Below, in pieces: positions 53,472-64,000 of a stretch of DNA of 64,000 bases (within the stretch, counting starts at the first letter, position 1; each line of letters begins with the position of its first letter). This DNA comes from an uncultured Methanolobus sp. (GTDB lineage Archaea; Halobacteriota; Methanosarcinia; Methanosarcinales; Methanosarcinaceae): NCBI GenBank assembly GCA_963675495.1, contig OY776215.1, forward strand, positions 2,688,001 through 2,752,000, read 5' to 3'. Both the position numbers and the translations under genes were made by a program. The notes under the pieces were generated by a model. It was not told where the DNA came from, searched no databases, and saw only the letters and a program-made list of their open reading frames with translations.

Positions 53472-54539
53472 ATGATATCTGAGCCAATGAACAGCACCAT
53501 ATGCCCAAAATGCGGAAATGAAACATATAAATTGTTTCAGGGGCGCTGCAAGGACTGTTTTCTCGAAAATTTCACCCTTGCGGAAATAGCTCCTGTGTTA
53601 CATGCAAGAATATGCGCCAGTTGCGGGGCACGTAATGTAAAGAACAAATGGGTTAATTATGGTAACCTTGGGGATATAGTAATCCAGACGGCAGAGGATG
53701 CACTCTTTGTACACGAAATGGCTGAGAATATTGAGGTGTCCATTGAGCCTAGAGAACTTACTCCTCATATGTACAAGGTGCGTATTGAAGTGACTGCAAC
53801 TTTGCTTGGTGAGGTTTTCAATCAGGAACTTGAGGCTGAGGTTCGTGTATTGCGTGAGTCCTGCGACATGTGTAGCCGCATATCCGGTGGATACTTTGAA
53901 GCGATTTTGCAGATAAGGGCTGACAATCGAATTCCTACTGAAGAAGAGATGACTGAGTGCATAGATATTGCCAACAATGTATTGGGAAGGATGCGTAGCA
54001 AAGGCGACAGGCTTGCCTTTATATCAAATTCCCTTGACATAAAAGAAGGTGCTGATCTTTATGTTGGTTCTTCCAACGCAGGCAGGCATATTTGCAAAGA
54101 AATCGTTTCCCGATTGGGTGGCAGTTTTAATGAATCTGAATCTTTGCAGGGAAGAAAAGAGGGTAAAGATGTTTATCGTATCACTTTTTCGCTAAGGCTT
54201 CCTAAATTTATGCCGCAAGATATTATAGAGCATAAAGGAAGGGTAATAGAGGTCAAGAAGTTTGGGAAAAATGTCATCGGTACTGATATTGAGACTGGGG
54301 CACGATTTACTTCCACAGCTGATTCCCTTAAAGGGGCAACACTTCTCATAAAAAGAAAAGACCTGCAAAAAACAATGCTTGTGGCTATTGAGAATGATGA
54401 CCTTCTTGTACTTGACCCTGATACCTATGAGACGGTAACTATTAGAAAACCAGTCATGTTCAGTTCAGAAGCAGGGGCCGAAATCCCCGTTGTCAGAACA
54501 GAGAATGGACTTCTTGCTGTTGCAGATGGATCCCGATAA
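53472..54539 (+). CDS. NMD3-family protein
   Basis: CPKCG..C..C, CASCG, C..C....GYFEAILQIR. Confidence 0.9.
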   Translation: MISEPMNSTICPKCGNETYKLFQGRCKDCFLENFTLAEIAPVLHARICASCGARNVKNKWVNYGNLGDIVIQTAEDALFVHEMAENIEVSIEPRELTPHMYKVRIEVTATLLGEVFNQELEAEVRVLRESCDMCSRISGGYFEAILQIRADNRIPTEEEMTECIDIANNVLGRMRSKGDRLAFISNSLDIKEGADLYVGSSNAGRHICKEIVSRLGGSFNESESLQGRKEGKDVYRITFSLRLPKFMPQDIIEHKGRVIEVKKFGKNVIGTDIETGARFTSTADSLKGATLLIKRKDLQKTMLVAIENDDLLVLDPDTYETVTIRKPVMFSSEAGAEIPVVRTENGLLAVADGSR

Positions 54540-54548
54540 AAGATCTTT

Positions 54549-55724
54549 ATGTCTACGAAGAATATACTGGTCATTGGTTTTAGTACTCGCAATATAGTGT
54601 GTTCCGGCACAAGAGCCGGATACAACATGTATTCTATCGATGCTTTCTGTGACCATGACCTTTTGCAGTGTTCTGCAGCTTCAAAGAAGCTGGATATAGG
54701 GGAAGCATTTGATGCTAGTAAGATTAGCCTTGCTGAGTTGGCACAGCTCATTGAAAGCTTTAATGTTGTCTTTGATGGTATAATACCAGGTTCAGGTTTC
54801 GAGACGATAGGTCTGGAAAAGTTACATTACAGGATATTTGGTAATGAACCTAGGGTCACAATGGAAGTGTCAAACAAACATCGTTTTTCTCAATTGCTGA
54901 AAAAATTAAACATAGCTCACCCGAGAACAGTCCTTCTTTCTGAGATAGATAAATTACAGTTACCTGTTATTGTCAAACCATCATGTTCGGGTGGTGGTAT
55001 ATTCAATACAAAAGTTGAGAATGAGAGCGATATCAAAGGTATTTATGAAAGATTAAAAAATATCGATCTTCCGGCAAGTAAAAGCAGTATGATTGCCCAG
55101 GAATACGTCGATGGTACGTCAGCGAGTGTTTCGGTAATATCTACAAAGGACAGGGCTGTTGCAGTCGCTGTAAATGAGCAGCTTATTGGAGTGCCATGGC
55201 TTACAGAAATTCCATTTGCGTATTGTGGCAACGTAACTCCTTACGAAACCCCTTATGACTCAGAGATGAAAAGAATATCTGAAGAATTGATTCTTGAGCT
55301 TGGACTGGTAGGTTCAAATGGTGTGGATTTTATAATGAGTGAAGATGGTCCGGTAGTAATTGAGGTCAATGCACGTTTCCAGGGTAGTCTGGATACTGTT
55401 GAGATGGCAACAGGCATCAATTTAGTGGATTCCCACCTAAAAGCTTTTGAGGGAACTATTGATTTCCAGATAAAGAACAAAACTCAGCATGCATGTAGGG
55501 CGGTCCTTTATGCCGGACAGAAAACAGTAGTAGTAACTGGAGCCACTCAAAAGAAATTGCTTGAAATGAATGTATGTGATATTCCAAGTGTTGGCCAGGT
55601 AATAAATTCAGAAGAACCTGTTATATCGATTTTATGCTCTGGAAATGTTCGTGAGGAAGTTTTATCTGAAATTAAGGAAAGCGTTATGTTTATACGTGAA
55701 TCATTGAATCTACTTGAATCCTGA
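54549..55724 (+). CDS. ATP-grasp fold ligase (COG2232-like), substrate unknown
   Basis: D.F.D.DL, GSGFE, VKP...GG, QEYV.G, YCGN.TP, GSNGVDF, EVNARFQGS. Confidence 0.82.
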   Translation: MSTKNILVIGFSTRNIVCSGTRAGYNMYSIDAFCDHDLLQCSAASKKLDIGEAFDASKISLAELAQLIESFNVVFDGIIPGSGFETIGLEKLHYRIFGNEPRVTMEVSNKHRFSQLLKKLNIAHPRTVLLSEIDKLQLPVIVKPSCSGGGIFNTKVENESDIKGIYERLKNIDLPASKSSMIAQEYVDGTSASVSVISTKDRAVAVAVNEQLIGVPWLTEIPFAYCGNVTPYETPYDSEMKRISEELILELGLVGSNGVDFIMSEDGPVVIEVNARFQGSLDTVEMATGINLVDSHLKAFEGTIDFQIKNKTQHACRAVLYAGQKTVVVTGATQKKLLEMNVCDIPSVGQVINSEEPVISILCSGNVREEVLSEIKESVMFIRESLNLLES

Positions 55725-55834
55725 ACAAAAGACCTGCAAATAGGTTGATAATGTTCCAAATCAGGCGGGATTTGCAAGCAAAGATTAATATTTGAATACA
55801 TTGCATTAACAAGCACATCATGAGGTGAAATTTT

Positions 55835-56332
55835 TTGATAGATTTGAATGATCCGGTTGTCAGGGGCTATCTCGTTAGGTTGGTGGGTGAAGATGGACTG
55901 CTGATGATAGAGAAGATGCCCGACGGAGAGGTAACTGACGAACAAATAGCAGAAGCCACGGGTATTCTATTAAACATAGTCCGAAGAACTCTTTTTATTC
56001 TCAATGAGAATAAACTCGCTGTATGCAGGCGTGAACGTGATTCCAGTAGTGGTTGGCTTACATACCTGTGGACCCTTGACATGACTGATATTGGTCCGCA
56101 ATTAGCAAAGGAAAAGAAGAGACTTGTAAAACACCTAAGGACCAGAGTTAATTTTGAAGAAGAAAATGTTTTCTACAAATGTCCGGAAGGCTGCGTCCGA
56201 ATGAATTTTAATGAGGCTACAGAATGCGAGTTTCTTTGTCCATACTGCGGTGAGGACATGATGTATGAGGATAATGCTGAATTCATTCATAAGATAGATA
56301 AGCGCCTGGCTTTTTTGGGTAAAGATCAGTAG
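55835..56332 (+). CDS. tfe: Transcription factor E (TFE alpha)
   Basis: TDEQIA, VRRTL..L, GWLTY.W, C...C...F.EA...F.CP.CG. Confidence 0.95.
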   Translation: MIDLNDPVVRGYLVRLVGEDGLLMIEKMPDGEVTDEQIAEATGILLNIVRRTLFILNENKLAVCRRERDSSSGWLTYLWTLDMTDIGPQLAKEKKRLVKHLRTRVNFEEENVFYKCPEGCVRMNFNEATECEFLCPYCGEDMMYEDNAEFIHKIDKRLAFLGKDQ

Positions 56333-56333
56333 A

Positions 56334-56840
56334 ATGCTTTCGCGTGAAGATGCTCTTGATATACTAAAGATTTCGGGTTGCAGTAAAAAGGTTATAGCTC
56401 ATTGCGTGGCTGTAGCTGACCTAGCTCTTTCAATGGGTTTGAAACTGGAAAACGCTGGATTAAATGTTGATTTGGAGCTTGTCGAGATTGGCGGACTCCT
56501 GCATGATCTTGGAAGGGCAAAAAGTCATGGAATCGATCATGCCATAATAGGTGTTGACATCGCAAAGAAAAATAACATTGAACCAGCAGTTCAGGAAATA
56601 ATCAGACGTCATATTGGAGCCGGCATCACAAGGAAAGAAGCGAAAAAAGTGGGACTTCCTGGTGATGACTATATGCCTGTGACTCTGGAGCAGAAAATCG
56701 TGGCCCATGCGGATAATCTTCTGATAGGTACAGAAAGGATATCTATTGACCGGCGTATCCGGAAGATGCAGGAGAAAAATATCGATGAGGGAAGTATTGA
56801 ACGGGTAAAAGCACTTGCTGAAGAAATAGGCATTTACTGA
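56334..56840 (+). CDS. HDIG-domain metal-dependent phosphohydrolase (TIGR00295-like)
   Basis: HC..V, LLHDLG, HA..G, RHIGAG, IVAHADN. Confidence 0.9.
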   Translation: MLSREDALDILKISGCSKKVIAHCVAVADLALSMGLKLENAGLNVDLELVEIGGLLHDLGRAKSHGIDHAIIGVDIAKKNNIEPAVQEIIRRHIGAGITRKEAKKVGLPGDDYMPVTLEQKIVAHADNLLIGTERISIDRRIRKMQEKNIDEGSIERVKALAEEIGIY

Positions 56841-56950
56841 ACAAGGGATAAATATATATATATAAATTGCTAATGAGTAACTGATTAATGCATTAAATGC
56901 ATAGTACATTTTTCAAATTTATTTTCTCATTTTTGTATGAGGTATAATTA

Positions 56951-57580
56951 ATGGTTAATGATAAACATTACAAAGGTACAACCACTGTAGGTATAGTTTG
57001 CAATGACGGTGTTGTTCTTGCAACCGAGCAGCGTGCAACAATGGGGAATTTCATTGCAAGTAAAACTGCAAAGAAGGTCTACCAGATAGATGATCTGGTT
57101 GCAATGACCATTGCTGGTTCTGTGGGAGATGCACAGCAGATTGTAAGGGTAATGAGTGTGGAGTCTAAATTATACAAAATGAGACGTAAGGAGACCATGA
57201 CTATTAAAGGTCTTACAACTCTTTTGTCAAATATGCTCAGTGGTCAGAGATACTATCCACTTATGGTGCAGCTTCTTGTTGGAGGATATGACAAGAACGG
57301 ACCTTCAATATACTCACTCGATGCTCTCGGTGGAAGCATCGAAGAGACAAAGGCTGTATCTACAGGTTCAGGTTCTCCTTTTGCATATGGTGTACTTGAA
57401 GATCGCTACAAGGAAGATATGACCACCGATGAAGGCGTCGAGCTGGCTGTCAGGGCACTTCACAATGCGATGAAGAGAGACTCTGCATCTGGTGAGAACA
57501 TAGATGTTGTGGTTATCAATAAGGATAAATATACCAGACTTGACATGGAAGACGTCAAAAAAATGAGGGAAGAATTTTAA
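56951..57580 (+). CDS. psmB: Proteasome beta subunit
   Basis: Short propeptide, KG|[28 protein letters not shown]. Confidence 0.97.
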   Translation: MVNDKHYKGTTTVGIVCNDGVVLATEQRATMGNFIASKTAKKVYQIDDLVAMTIAGSVGDAQQIVRVMSVESKLYKMRRKETMTIKGLTTLLSNMLSGQRYYPLMVQLLVGGYDKNGPSIYSLDALGGSIEETKAVSTGSGSPFAYGVLEDRYKEDMTTDEGVELAVRALHNAMKRDSASGENIDVVVINKDKYTRLDMEDVKKMREEF

Positions 57581-57692
57581 TTTAATATAATAATTCTTTC
57601 ATTTCTTTCATTTGAACTACCATAAATAATATTTTAAATATAGTTTTCAACTATATTATATTTTTCACTTTTTTATAAGGAAGGCTATTTCA

Positions 57693-59603
57693 ATGGCTGT
57701 AGAAGAAGTACTATCTGATCTTAAGAAGAAAATAGAAGAAAAACTACCAATTGGTACTACTATTTCTAGTGTTGAGTTTGAAGGCCCACAGCTTGTTGTT
57801 TACACAGAAGAGCCTAAGAAGTTTGCAGATAACGGTAATATTGTCAGAACTCTGGCAAAGACACTGAGGACACGTATTGTGGTACGTCCTGATCCCAAAG
57901 TGCTTATGCCTCCAGAGGAATCAATTGAAAAGATCCTGAAAACTGTCCCTGAAGAATCCGGGGTATCCAACTATCACTTTGACCCTGATGTGGGTGAAGT
58001 AATTATTGAAGCTGATAAACCAGGCCTTGTAATCGGAAAACATGGTGAGACTCTCAGGGAAATAACGAAGAAGATAGGATGGACGCCAAAGGTCGTAAGA
58101 GCTCCCCCTATCAAGTCACGTACTGTTAAGAACATACGTGAATTCATGCGTACCAACCACAAAGAAAGGAAGGATATCCTTAAATCAGTGGGAAGAAAGA
58201 TCCACAGGGGTTGTACTTCAAAGGATGAGTGGGTAAGGGTTACCTCACTGGGTGGTGCAAAAGAAGTTGGAAGGAGCTGTTTCATCATCTCAACCCCCGA
58301 ATCGCGCATAATGATCGATTGTGGTGTCAATGTCGGTTCAGATGACAATATGACTCCTTATCTCTATGTGCCTGAAGCATACCCTATTAACCAGATCGAT
58401 GCTGTTGTGTTAACACACGCCCACCTTGACCATCAGGGTCTTGTGCCACTCCTCTATAAATACGGTTTTGAAGGCCCTATTTATTGTACTCCGCCAACAA
58501 GGGATCTTATGGCTCTATTGCAGCTTGACTACATTGATGTTGCTGCAAAGGAAGGTAAAAGGCCTCCATACAGTTCCGCTGAAGTCAGAGAAGGACTCAA
58601 ACATACCATCGTTCTTGATTACGAGGAAGTAACCGATATAGCACCTGATATAAAGCTCACATTCCATAATGCAGGGCATATTATCGGTTCTGCAGTTTCT
58701 CATTTCCACATTGGGGATGGCCTTCACAATGTGGTTGTCACAGGTGACTTCAAATATGAGAAGACAAGGCTCTTTGACGCTGCAGTTAATAAATTCCCGC
58801 GTGTCGAAAGTGTTATCATGGAGTCCACATACGGAAACTCCAATGGTACTCAGCCGAGCCTTCAGGAAGCGGAAAGAAACCTTCAGAACATTGTCAATTC
58901 AACGCTTGAAAAGGATGGTATCGTACTGATACCTGCATTTGCAGTGGGAAGAAGCCAGGAAGTAATGATAGTACTTGAAGATGCTATACGCAAAGGAATC
59001 ATACCAAACGTTCCTGTCTATCTTGATGGAATGATCTGGGAAGCAACGGCTATTCATGCGACATATCCTGAGTATCTCAACAATGACCTGCGCAAGCTCA
59101 TCTTCCAGAAGGGACAGAACCCATTCCTTGCAGAATGCTTCAAGCCCGTTGACTCAAATGAACTGCGCCAGAAGATCATCAATGAGCAAGAGCCATGTGT
59201 GATACTGGCCACATCTGGTATGATGAATGCAGGTCCTGTGATAGAATACTTCAAGGCGTTTGCAGAGAACGAAAACAATACTCTTGTCTTTGTAGGTTAT
59301 CAGGCAGACGGAACTATGGGTCGAAGGATCCAGAAAGGCTGGAAAGAGATTCCTCTCTCAAGCAGCAACGGAACCCATGTTGTCAAAATGAACATGAAAG
59401 CAGAGGTTGTCGATGGTTTCTCCGGTCACTCCGACAGGAGACAATTGATGGACTACATCAAGAAGATGAAACCACGGCCTGAAAGAGTTTATACCGAGCA
59501 CGGAGACGAGCGTTCGTGTGTGGATCTTGCAAGCTCTATTCATAAGAGAAATAAAATGGAAACAAAAGCACTTACAAATCTTGAAACAGTACGGTTGGTC
59601 TGA
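57693..59603 (+). CDS. fttA: KH-domain beta-CASP ribonuclease aCPSF1/FttA
   Basis: KH domains (KPGLVIGK.G), THAHLDH, AGHIIG, MESTYG, FSGHSD. Confidence 0.95.
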   Translation: MAVEEVLSDLKKKIEEKLPIGTTISSVEFEGPQLVVYTEEPKKFADNGNIVRTLAKTLRTRIVVRPDPKVLMPPEESIEKILKTVPEESGVSNYHFDPDVGEVIIEADKPGLVIGKHGETLREITKKIGWTPKVVRAPPIKSRTVKNIREFMRTNHKERKDILKSVGRKIHRGCTSKDEWVRVTSLGGAKEVGRSCFIISTPESRIMIDCGVNVGSDDNMTPYLYVPEAYPINQIDAVVLTHAHLDHQGLVPLLYKYGFEGPIYCTPPTRDLMALLQLDYIDVAAKEGKRPPYSSAEVREGLKHTIVLDYEEVTDIAPDIKLTFHNAGHIIGSAVSHFHIGDGLHNVVVTGDFKYEKTRLFDAAVNKFPRVESVIMESTYGNSNGTQPSLQEAERNLQNIVNSTLEKDGIVLIPAFAVGRSQEVMIVLEDAIRKGIIPNVPVYLDGMIWEATAIHATYPEYLNNDLRKLIFQKGQNPFLAECFKPVDSNELRQKIINEQEPCVILATSGMMNAGPVIEYFKAFAENENNTLVFVGYQADGTMGRRIQKGWKEIPLSSSNGTHVVKMNMKAEVVDGFSGHSDRRQLMDYIKKMKPRPERVYTEHGDERSCVDLASSIHKRNKMETKALTNLETVRLV

Positions 59604-59641
59604 CCGTACTTCTTTTTTTGCAGTAACTTGGTATATCTGAT

Positions 59642-60466
59642 CTAAAAAGATATATTTGTGATATTGAATTCAGCAATATCTGGGATATTATACCAGTAAC
59701 CTTCCAATGGGGCTGCAGATCCACAACGAACAAATCTTACTGGAACCTGATAGATGGCTCTTTTTCTTGCCTCAGTATCATATATCTGGTAGATCTCATC
59801 CATTACAGAGGGTTCAGGTTTCACATCACTCGAAATATCTATGTAACCTGTTTTTACATTGTAACCAATTAGAATACTAGTGGCATTTTCAATTTCCGGA
59901 AAAGTACCATCAGCTCTATATGCACCTCTAATTTCACCTACATTGTTCCTGTAAAGCCTTTGTTCTTCACTCAATGGATATGGAAGTTTTCCGTAGGTTG
60001 CGTAAACATCTTCTTTATCCTCCATCGGATCAAGAACATACGCAGCATGGTACAGGATGAGTCCGTCATCACCATAACTCAATTCTTTGAGGGGCTTGAT
60101 CATAGTTTCATCACCTATCTCTCCAAGAGCGAGCATCGAAGCCATCCTCAGATATTTTTCTTCATCTTCGTCCTGGGAAATGTTCAGAAGCATCTCTGCC
60201 GTACTATTACCGCCTATCATGCCAAGAACAGTAATTGCATTTTTCCGTTCTTCAATTGTCCTGTTGTCATCTTTGACCATCTGGTTCAATGATGCAACTG
60301 TTTTTTCATCTCCGATTTCCGCAAGCTTGTCTATTGCAGCGGTTCTGATACTTTCATTTTCGTTGTCTAGATGACTTATAAGGAAATCTACAGAAGTGTC
60401 TTCAACGCAACCCGATGAAAGTATTAATATGATACTCAAAATTAACAGGAAGGGAATTGTTTTCAT
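59642..60466 (-). CDS. HEAT/PBS-repeat lipoprotein
   Basis: MKTIP..LSSG|C lipobox; IR..A..L.EIG, A...LG.IG, ALGEIG repeats. Confidence 0.72.
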   Translation of the reverse strand: MKTIPFLLILSIILILSSGCVEDTSVDFLISHLDNENESIRTAAIDKLAEIGDEKTVASLNQMVKDDNRTIEERKNAITVLGMIGGNSTAEMLLNISQDEDEEKYLRMASMLALGEIGDETMIKPLKELSYGDDGLILYHAAYVLDPMEDKEDVYATYGKLPYPLSEEQRLYRNNVGEIRGAYRADGTFPEIENATSILIGYNVKTGYIDISSDVKPEPSVMDEIYQIYDTEARKRAIYQVPVRFVRCGSAAPLEGYWYNIPDIAEFNITNISF

Positions 60467-60596
60467 GTAAAGCAGAAAAGACACAATCTGTATTATCTTT
60501 TTTGTAAAAAGTTCTATATTTTTTATCAACTGGCTAACTTCGGAATTCAAAATAAAAAGTGGATTTTATTATAATACTTGTCAGTTATTCACAAGT

Positions 60597-61256
60597 TTAG
60601 TCTGATTGTTCAACATCCTGCAGATTGGTCAGGTATCTGATAAGGGCAGAGTGATCTTTAACTATCAGGTCAGCTTCCTGAAGCTTTATCGCATCAATAT
60701 ATGTCGGGATTCCTACGCAGAACATACCTGCGTTTTTGGCAGATTCTACTCCAAGAGGCGCATTCTCGACAACAAAACATTCGTTCTTGTCCAGTCCCAA
60801 CAGCTCGACTGCCTTGTTATATGGCTCAGGGTCGGGTTTTCCTCTCTTGACATCCTCGCCTGAGATTACAGCATCGAATATTCCAGGATAGAACTTTTCC
60901 ATAAGTGATGTTACAATTGTCCTGTCAGCACCGGATGCAACAGCAAGTTTGAATTTCGGTTTTATTGAACTCAGGCATTTGTACATGCCTTCAAATATCT
61001 CTGAGTGATTATTCTCAAGAAAGTGTGCTCTCTTTTTTTGAAGGATAGTATCGTAAATATCCGCTTCTGGGATCCTGCCTGCTTTTTCAAAAATAAGATT
61101 AATCACACCAACATGATTTGATCCTTCGATCTCATAGATCTCTTCTTCAATGACATTGATTCCAAATTCCGCAAAGACGTCGACCCATGCTTTTGCATGA
61201 TATGGCATTGAGTTGACAAGGACTCCATCAGAGTCAAAAATAATTCCTTTGAACAT
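60597..61256 (-). CDS. HAD-superfamily phosphatase (beta-PGM-like)
   Basis: IFDSDGVL, ASG, GKPDPEPY, VENAPLG. Confidence 0.9.
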   Translation of the reverse strand: MFKGIIFDSDGVLVNSMPYHAKAWVDVFAEFGINVIEEEIYEIEGSNHVGVINLIFEKAGRIPEADIYDTILQKKRAHFLENNHSEIFEGMYKCLSSIKPKFKLAVASGADRTIVTSLMEKFYPGIFDAVISGEDVKRGKPDPEPYNKAVELLGLDKNECFVVENAPLGVESAKNAGMFCVGIPTYIDAIKLQEADLIVKDHSALIRYLTNLQDVEQSD

Positions 61257-61356
61257 ATGGGTTCCTTGCGGGTATTTATGATAAAAGTTATGGGCTGAAA
61301 AATTCACCAAACAATTATATCGATAATGATATATCTCTGCATGATGAATTTGAATT

Positions 61357-61575
61357 ATGGATTCAAAAGATGCTGTAGATTCGTTCCGGATTTGTCTTAA
61401 CTGTGGTTATGAACGTGGGTTTCACGTCCATTTCAAGGAAATCTCAGATGGAAAAGCAAGACTTGGACTGATATGTCCCGGCTGTGGACAGAGTTATGAT
61501 ATAGGCTGGCTCACAGCGGATATACCAGAGCTCAAACCACAAAAAGAAGAAATATATGGAGAGATGGACCATTAG
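61357..61575 (+). CDS. Small zinc-ribbon protein
   Basis: CLNCGY..GFH...CPGCG. Confidence 0.7.
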   Translation: MDSKDAVDSFRICLNCGYERGFHVHFKEISDGKARLGLICPGCGQSYDIGWLTADIPELKPQKEEIYGEMDH

Positions 61576-62573
61576 GTCTTTTTCAATTTCTCCATTTTAC
61601 TTTTGATTTTTAAAGCATTATCACTGTGTTTTTTGTGAAGACTTTCAGACTCTTCCTTGCTTAGTTTATTCTTTTTTCTGTCTTCTTTTATTTGTGCAAG
61701 GACCATAAGCTCCGCTTCGTAACGGTCTTCAAGTTTGCTCATCTCTCCTGAACTTTCCTTTCTATAATGTAGTATTGCAGCGGCTATGATCACGATAATG
61801 ATGCCCAGTATTCCTAACATGATGAATGAATTATATGGTATTGTTGCAGCCCGTTCTTCATTATTTTTTTCGAGTGCTATGCTGAGTTCATTGAACTGTG
61901 GGAATGACCATATGTAGGATGTGTAGTTCTTATCGCTGATGATCTCATCAGCTGCAATTGTAAGCCCTTCTGCTGAAATGATTGCAGGAATCTCATTCTC
62001 TTCGTGGTTGACAACGATTATGAGCCTTGATATTGGATAATCAAAAACCCCGTCTTCCCGGATGACTTTTCTGAAAGTCGGGACTTCTTCATGGCTATGT
62101 GTGGCATATCTGATACCGTAAAGCAGTGGCATTCCACTGGAATCTGTAGTTCCATAATATGATGGGAAATACAGGAAATTACCTTCTTTTGAATAGTTAA
62201 CAGAAGTTGCAGTGCTACTGCCTGCCATATCGGTTACCTGAAATTGCATGATTTCTGCATTTTCCGGAACCCATAATACGAATTCTTCACTGTCATTTGC
62301 TGAACCTGCGGAATAGACTATGGATTCAGATGCAAGCACATAGTCATTCTCTTCAAAATATAGCTCAATAAGATGATTGTATTCTGAGATACCCGTTTGT
62401 TCGTAAATACCTGAAATTGCAGATCGATCGCTGATATTTTCTGATATATTTGCATGTGCAAGAGCAGGGGCTTGTAAAAAAAGACAACAGGTGAATATCA
62501 TTAGGAATACTGGCAAGTATCGTGTTATGCATTTCCTTGATTGTAGGGCATAAGTGAATGATTGTTCTTTCAT
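61572..62573 (-). CDS. Secreted, C-terminally membrane-anchored hypothetical protein
   Basis: Signal peptide (APALA), beta-rich ectodomain, TM helix near residues 247-268, charged helical tail. Confidence 0.65.
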   Translation of the reverse strand: MKEQSFTYALQSRKCITRYLPVFLMIFTCCLFLQAPALAHANISENISDRSAISGIYEQTGISEYNHLIELYFEENDYVLASESIVYSAGSANDSEEFVLWVPENAEIMQFQVTDMAGSSTATSVNYSKEGNFLYFPSYYGTTDSSGMPLLYGIRYATHSHEEVPTFRKVIREDGVFDYPISRLIIVVNHEENEIPAIISAEGLTIAADEIISDKNYTSYIWSFPQFNELSIALEKNNEERAATIPYNSFIMLGILGIIIVIIAAAILHYRKESSGEMSKLEDRYEAELMVLAQIKEDRKKNKLSKEESESLHKKHSDNALKIKSKMEKLKKT

Positions 62574-62801
62574 TATATCACAGAAATAAATGGGTAAGGG
62601 CTAATGATGTACATTCTATATGTCAATTATCCTGTCAATTTTGAAATCGATGGCGTTTGAATGATCTTATATAAAGATTTCGTATATTTTTTCAAATTAT
62701 GCTTTTAGAATGATTCATTTGGTAATAATCTGAACATATTCTTCATAAATAATAATTCACATTAATAAACGTTAAATATAGGTACTTGAATTTAGAGTGT
62801 C

Positions 62802-64000
62802 ATGGATTCGTTTACAGCAATTACTCTAGCGGTTTTTTTGCCATTTATTTTGGCCGGTATATTGCCTGCCGTTGAAAAAATTCTAAAGGGTAAAATAGGG
62901 TGGTATGCTTCCGCAGTTGCATTCCTGAGTTTATTATTAATTGCTCAGGCTGCTCCGGAAATTATACATGGGGAGACTATTCAGAACTCTATAGACTGGC
63001 TTCCTTCAATGGGTATAAATCTCTCTTTCTATGCCGATGGCCTGAGTGTCATGTTCGGTTTCATTGTATCCGGCATTGGTGTGATAATCATGTCATACTC
63101 CAACGGATATATGTCAAAGAAAGAGGATCTTCCAAGATACTACCAACAACTCCTCTTCTTCATGGGGTCAATGCTTGGTATGGTCTTTTCAGCTAACACT
63201 ATTCAATTGTTCATTTTCTGGGAACTCACAAGTATCACATCTTTCATGCTTATCGGATACTGGCGCAACAGACCGATGTCAGTATACGGAGCCACAAAAT
63301 CATTACTCATAACCGCAGCTGGCGGTTTGTTCATGCTTGCCGGATTTCTGGTATTACATGCCATCACCGGTACATACGACATTCCCACAATATTGCATAG
63401 CGAATCCATGAGGGAAATGATACTCGGCCATGAACTTTTCCTTGCTGCACTCATTCTCATATTAATCGGTGCTGCCTCTAAATCAGCACAAGGTCCTTTT
63501 TACATATGGCTCCCCAACGCAATGGAAGCACCAACACCGGTCAGTGCATTCCTGCACTCGGCAACAATGGTGAAGGCTGGTATTTATCTCGTAGCAAGGA
63601 TACATCCGATATTTTCAGGAACTGAAGCCTGGTTCATTCTTGTAAGTGGTGTTGGAATATTTACAATGCTTCTTGCAGGTTTCCTTGCTTTCAGACAGAC
63701 GGACATTAAGGGAATACTTGCATATTCCACCATAAGCCAGCTTGCCTATCTCATGACAATGTATGGTTACACCACACACCACGAACCTGGAATTGGTGTT
63801 GCTGCTGCAAGTTTCCATCTTCTCAACCACGCAACTTTCAAGGCATGTCTTTTCCTTGTAGCGGGTATAGTGGCTCACGAGGCTGCAACAAGGGACATTA
63901 CAAAGATGGGAGGGTTGCGCAAGGAAATGCCCATCACTTTCATTGTCGCTACCATCGGAGCGTTATCCATGGCAGGAATACCTCCTTTGAATGGTTTCCT
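62802..64000 (+). CDS. mrpA: Mrp Na+/H+ antiporter subunit A, 3'-truncated by the window edge
   Basis: Not in the ORF track because no stop falls inside the window. ATG 62802 MDSFTAITLAVFLPF..., DGLS, FWELTSITSF.LIG, KSAQ.PF..WLPNAMEAPTPVSAFLHSATMVKAG, LAYSTISQL, HATFKA. Confidence 0.93.
   Translation, partial: MDSFTAITLAVFLPFILAGILPAVEKILKGKIGWYASAVAFLSLLLIAQAAPEIIHGETIQNSIDWLPSMGINLSFYADGLSVMFGFIVSGIGVIIMSYSNGYMSKKEDLPRYYQQLLFFMGSMLGMVFSANTIQLFIFWELTSITSFMLIGYWRNRPMSVYGATKSLLITAAGGLFMLAGFLVLHAITGTYDIPTILHSESMREMILGHELFLAALILILIGAASKSAQGPFYIWLPNAMEAPTPVSAFLHSATMVKAGIYLVARIHPIFSGTEAWFILVSGVGIFTMLLAGFLAFRQTDIKGILAYSTISQLAYLMTMYGYTTHHEPGIGVAAASFHLLNHATFKACLFLVAGIVAHEAATRDITKMGGLRKEMPITFIVATIGALSMAGIPPLNGF

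Noticed and set aside
62900-63878. Short ORFs at the right end
   Set aside because: Shadows of mrpA, which is open from 62802 to the window end.

Overview
Chromosomal segment of a methanogenic archaeon. Gene content and order point to Methanosarcinaceae, probably Methanolobus- or Methanococcoides-like (inference from the cdhABC-cooC-cdhDE operon, PEF-CTERM proteins, mrpA, the tfe-HD-psmB-aCPSF1 cluster and BRE/TATA promoters). Most of the window is housekeeping: riboflavin genes, GAPDH, IMPase/NAD kinase, aksA, ACDS, proteasome beta, FttA, tRNA-Asn and tRNA-Ile2(CAU). It also holds a type IV pilus locus with a double-LamG pilin, two-component genes, an Hrq1/MrfA-like helicase with a TPR tail, and a polar amino acid ABC transporter. 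I saw no transposase, integrase or CRISPR array. The most notable observations are: (1) the IMPase/NADP-phosphatase and NAD kinase genes are in frame and separated only by TAG-TAC, so amber (pyrrolysine) readthrough would rebuild the MJ0917-type fusion; (2) a PEF-CTERM surface-protein gene sits between two ~315 bp direct repeats of the ribL promoter and 5' end, one copy decayed; (3) a three-microprotein operon, two of whose ORFs are not in the ORF track, lies after the cdh operon; (4) an 11-mer-repeat, Met-rich lipoprotein shares its signal peptide with the neighbouring ABC binding protein. All calls come from reading the sequence; no database searches were run.
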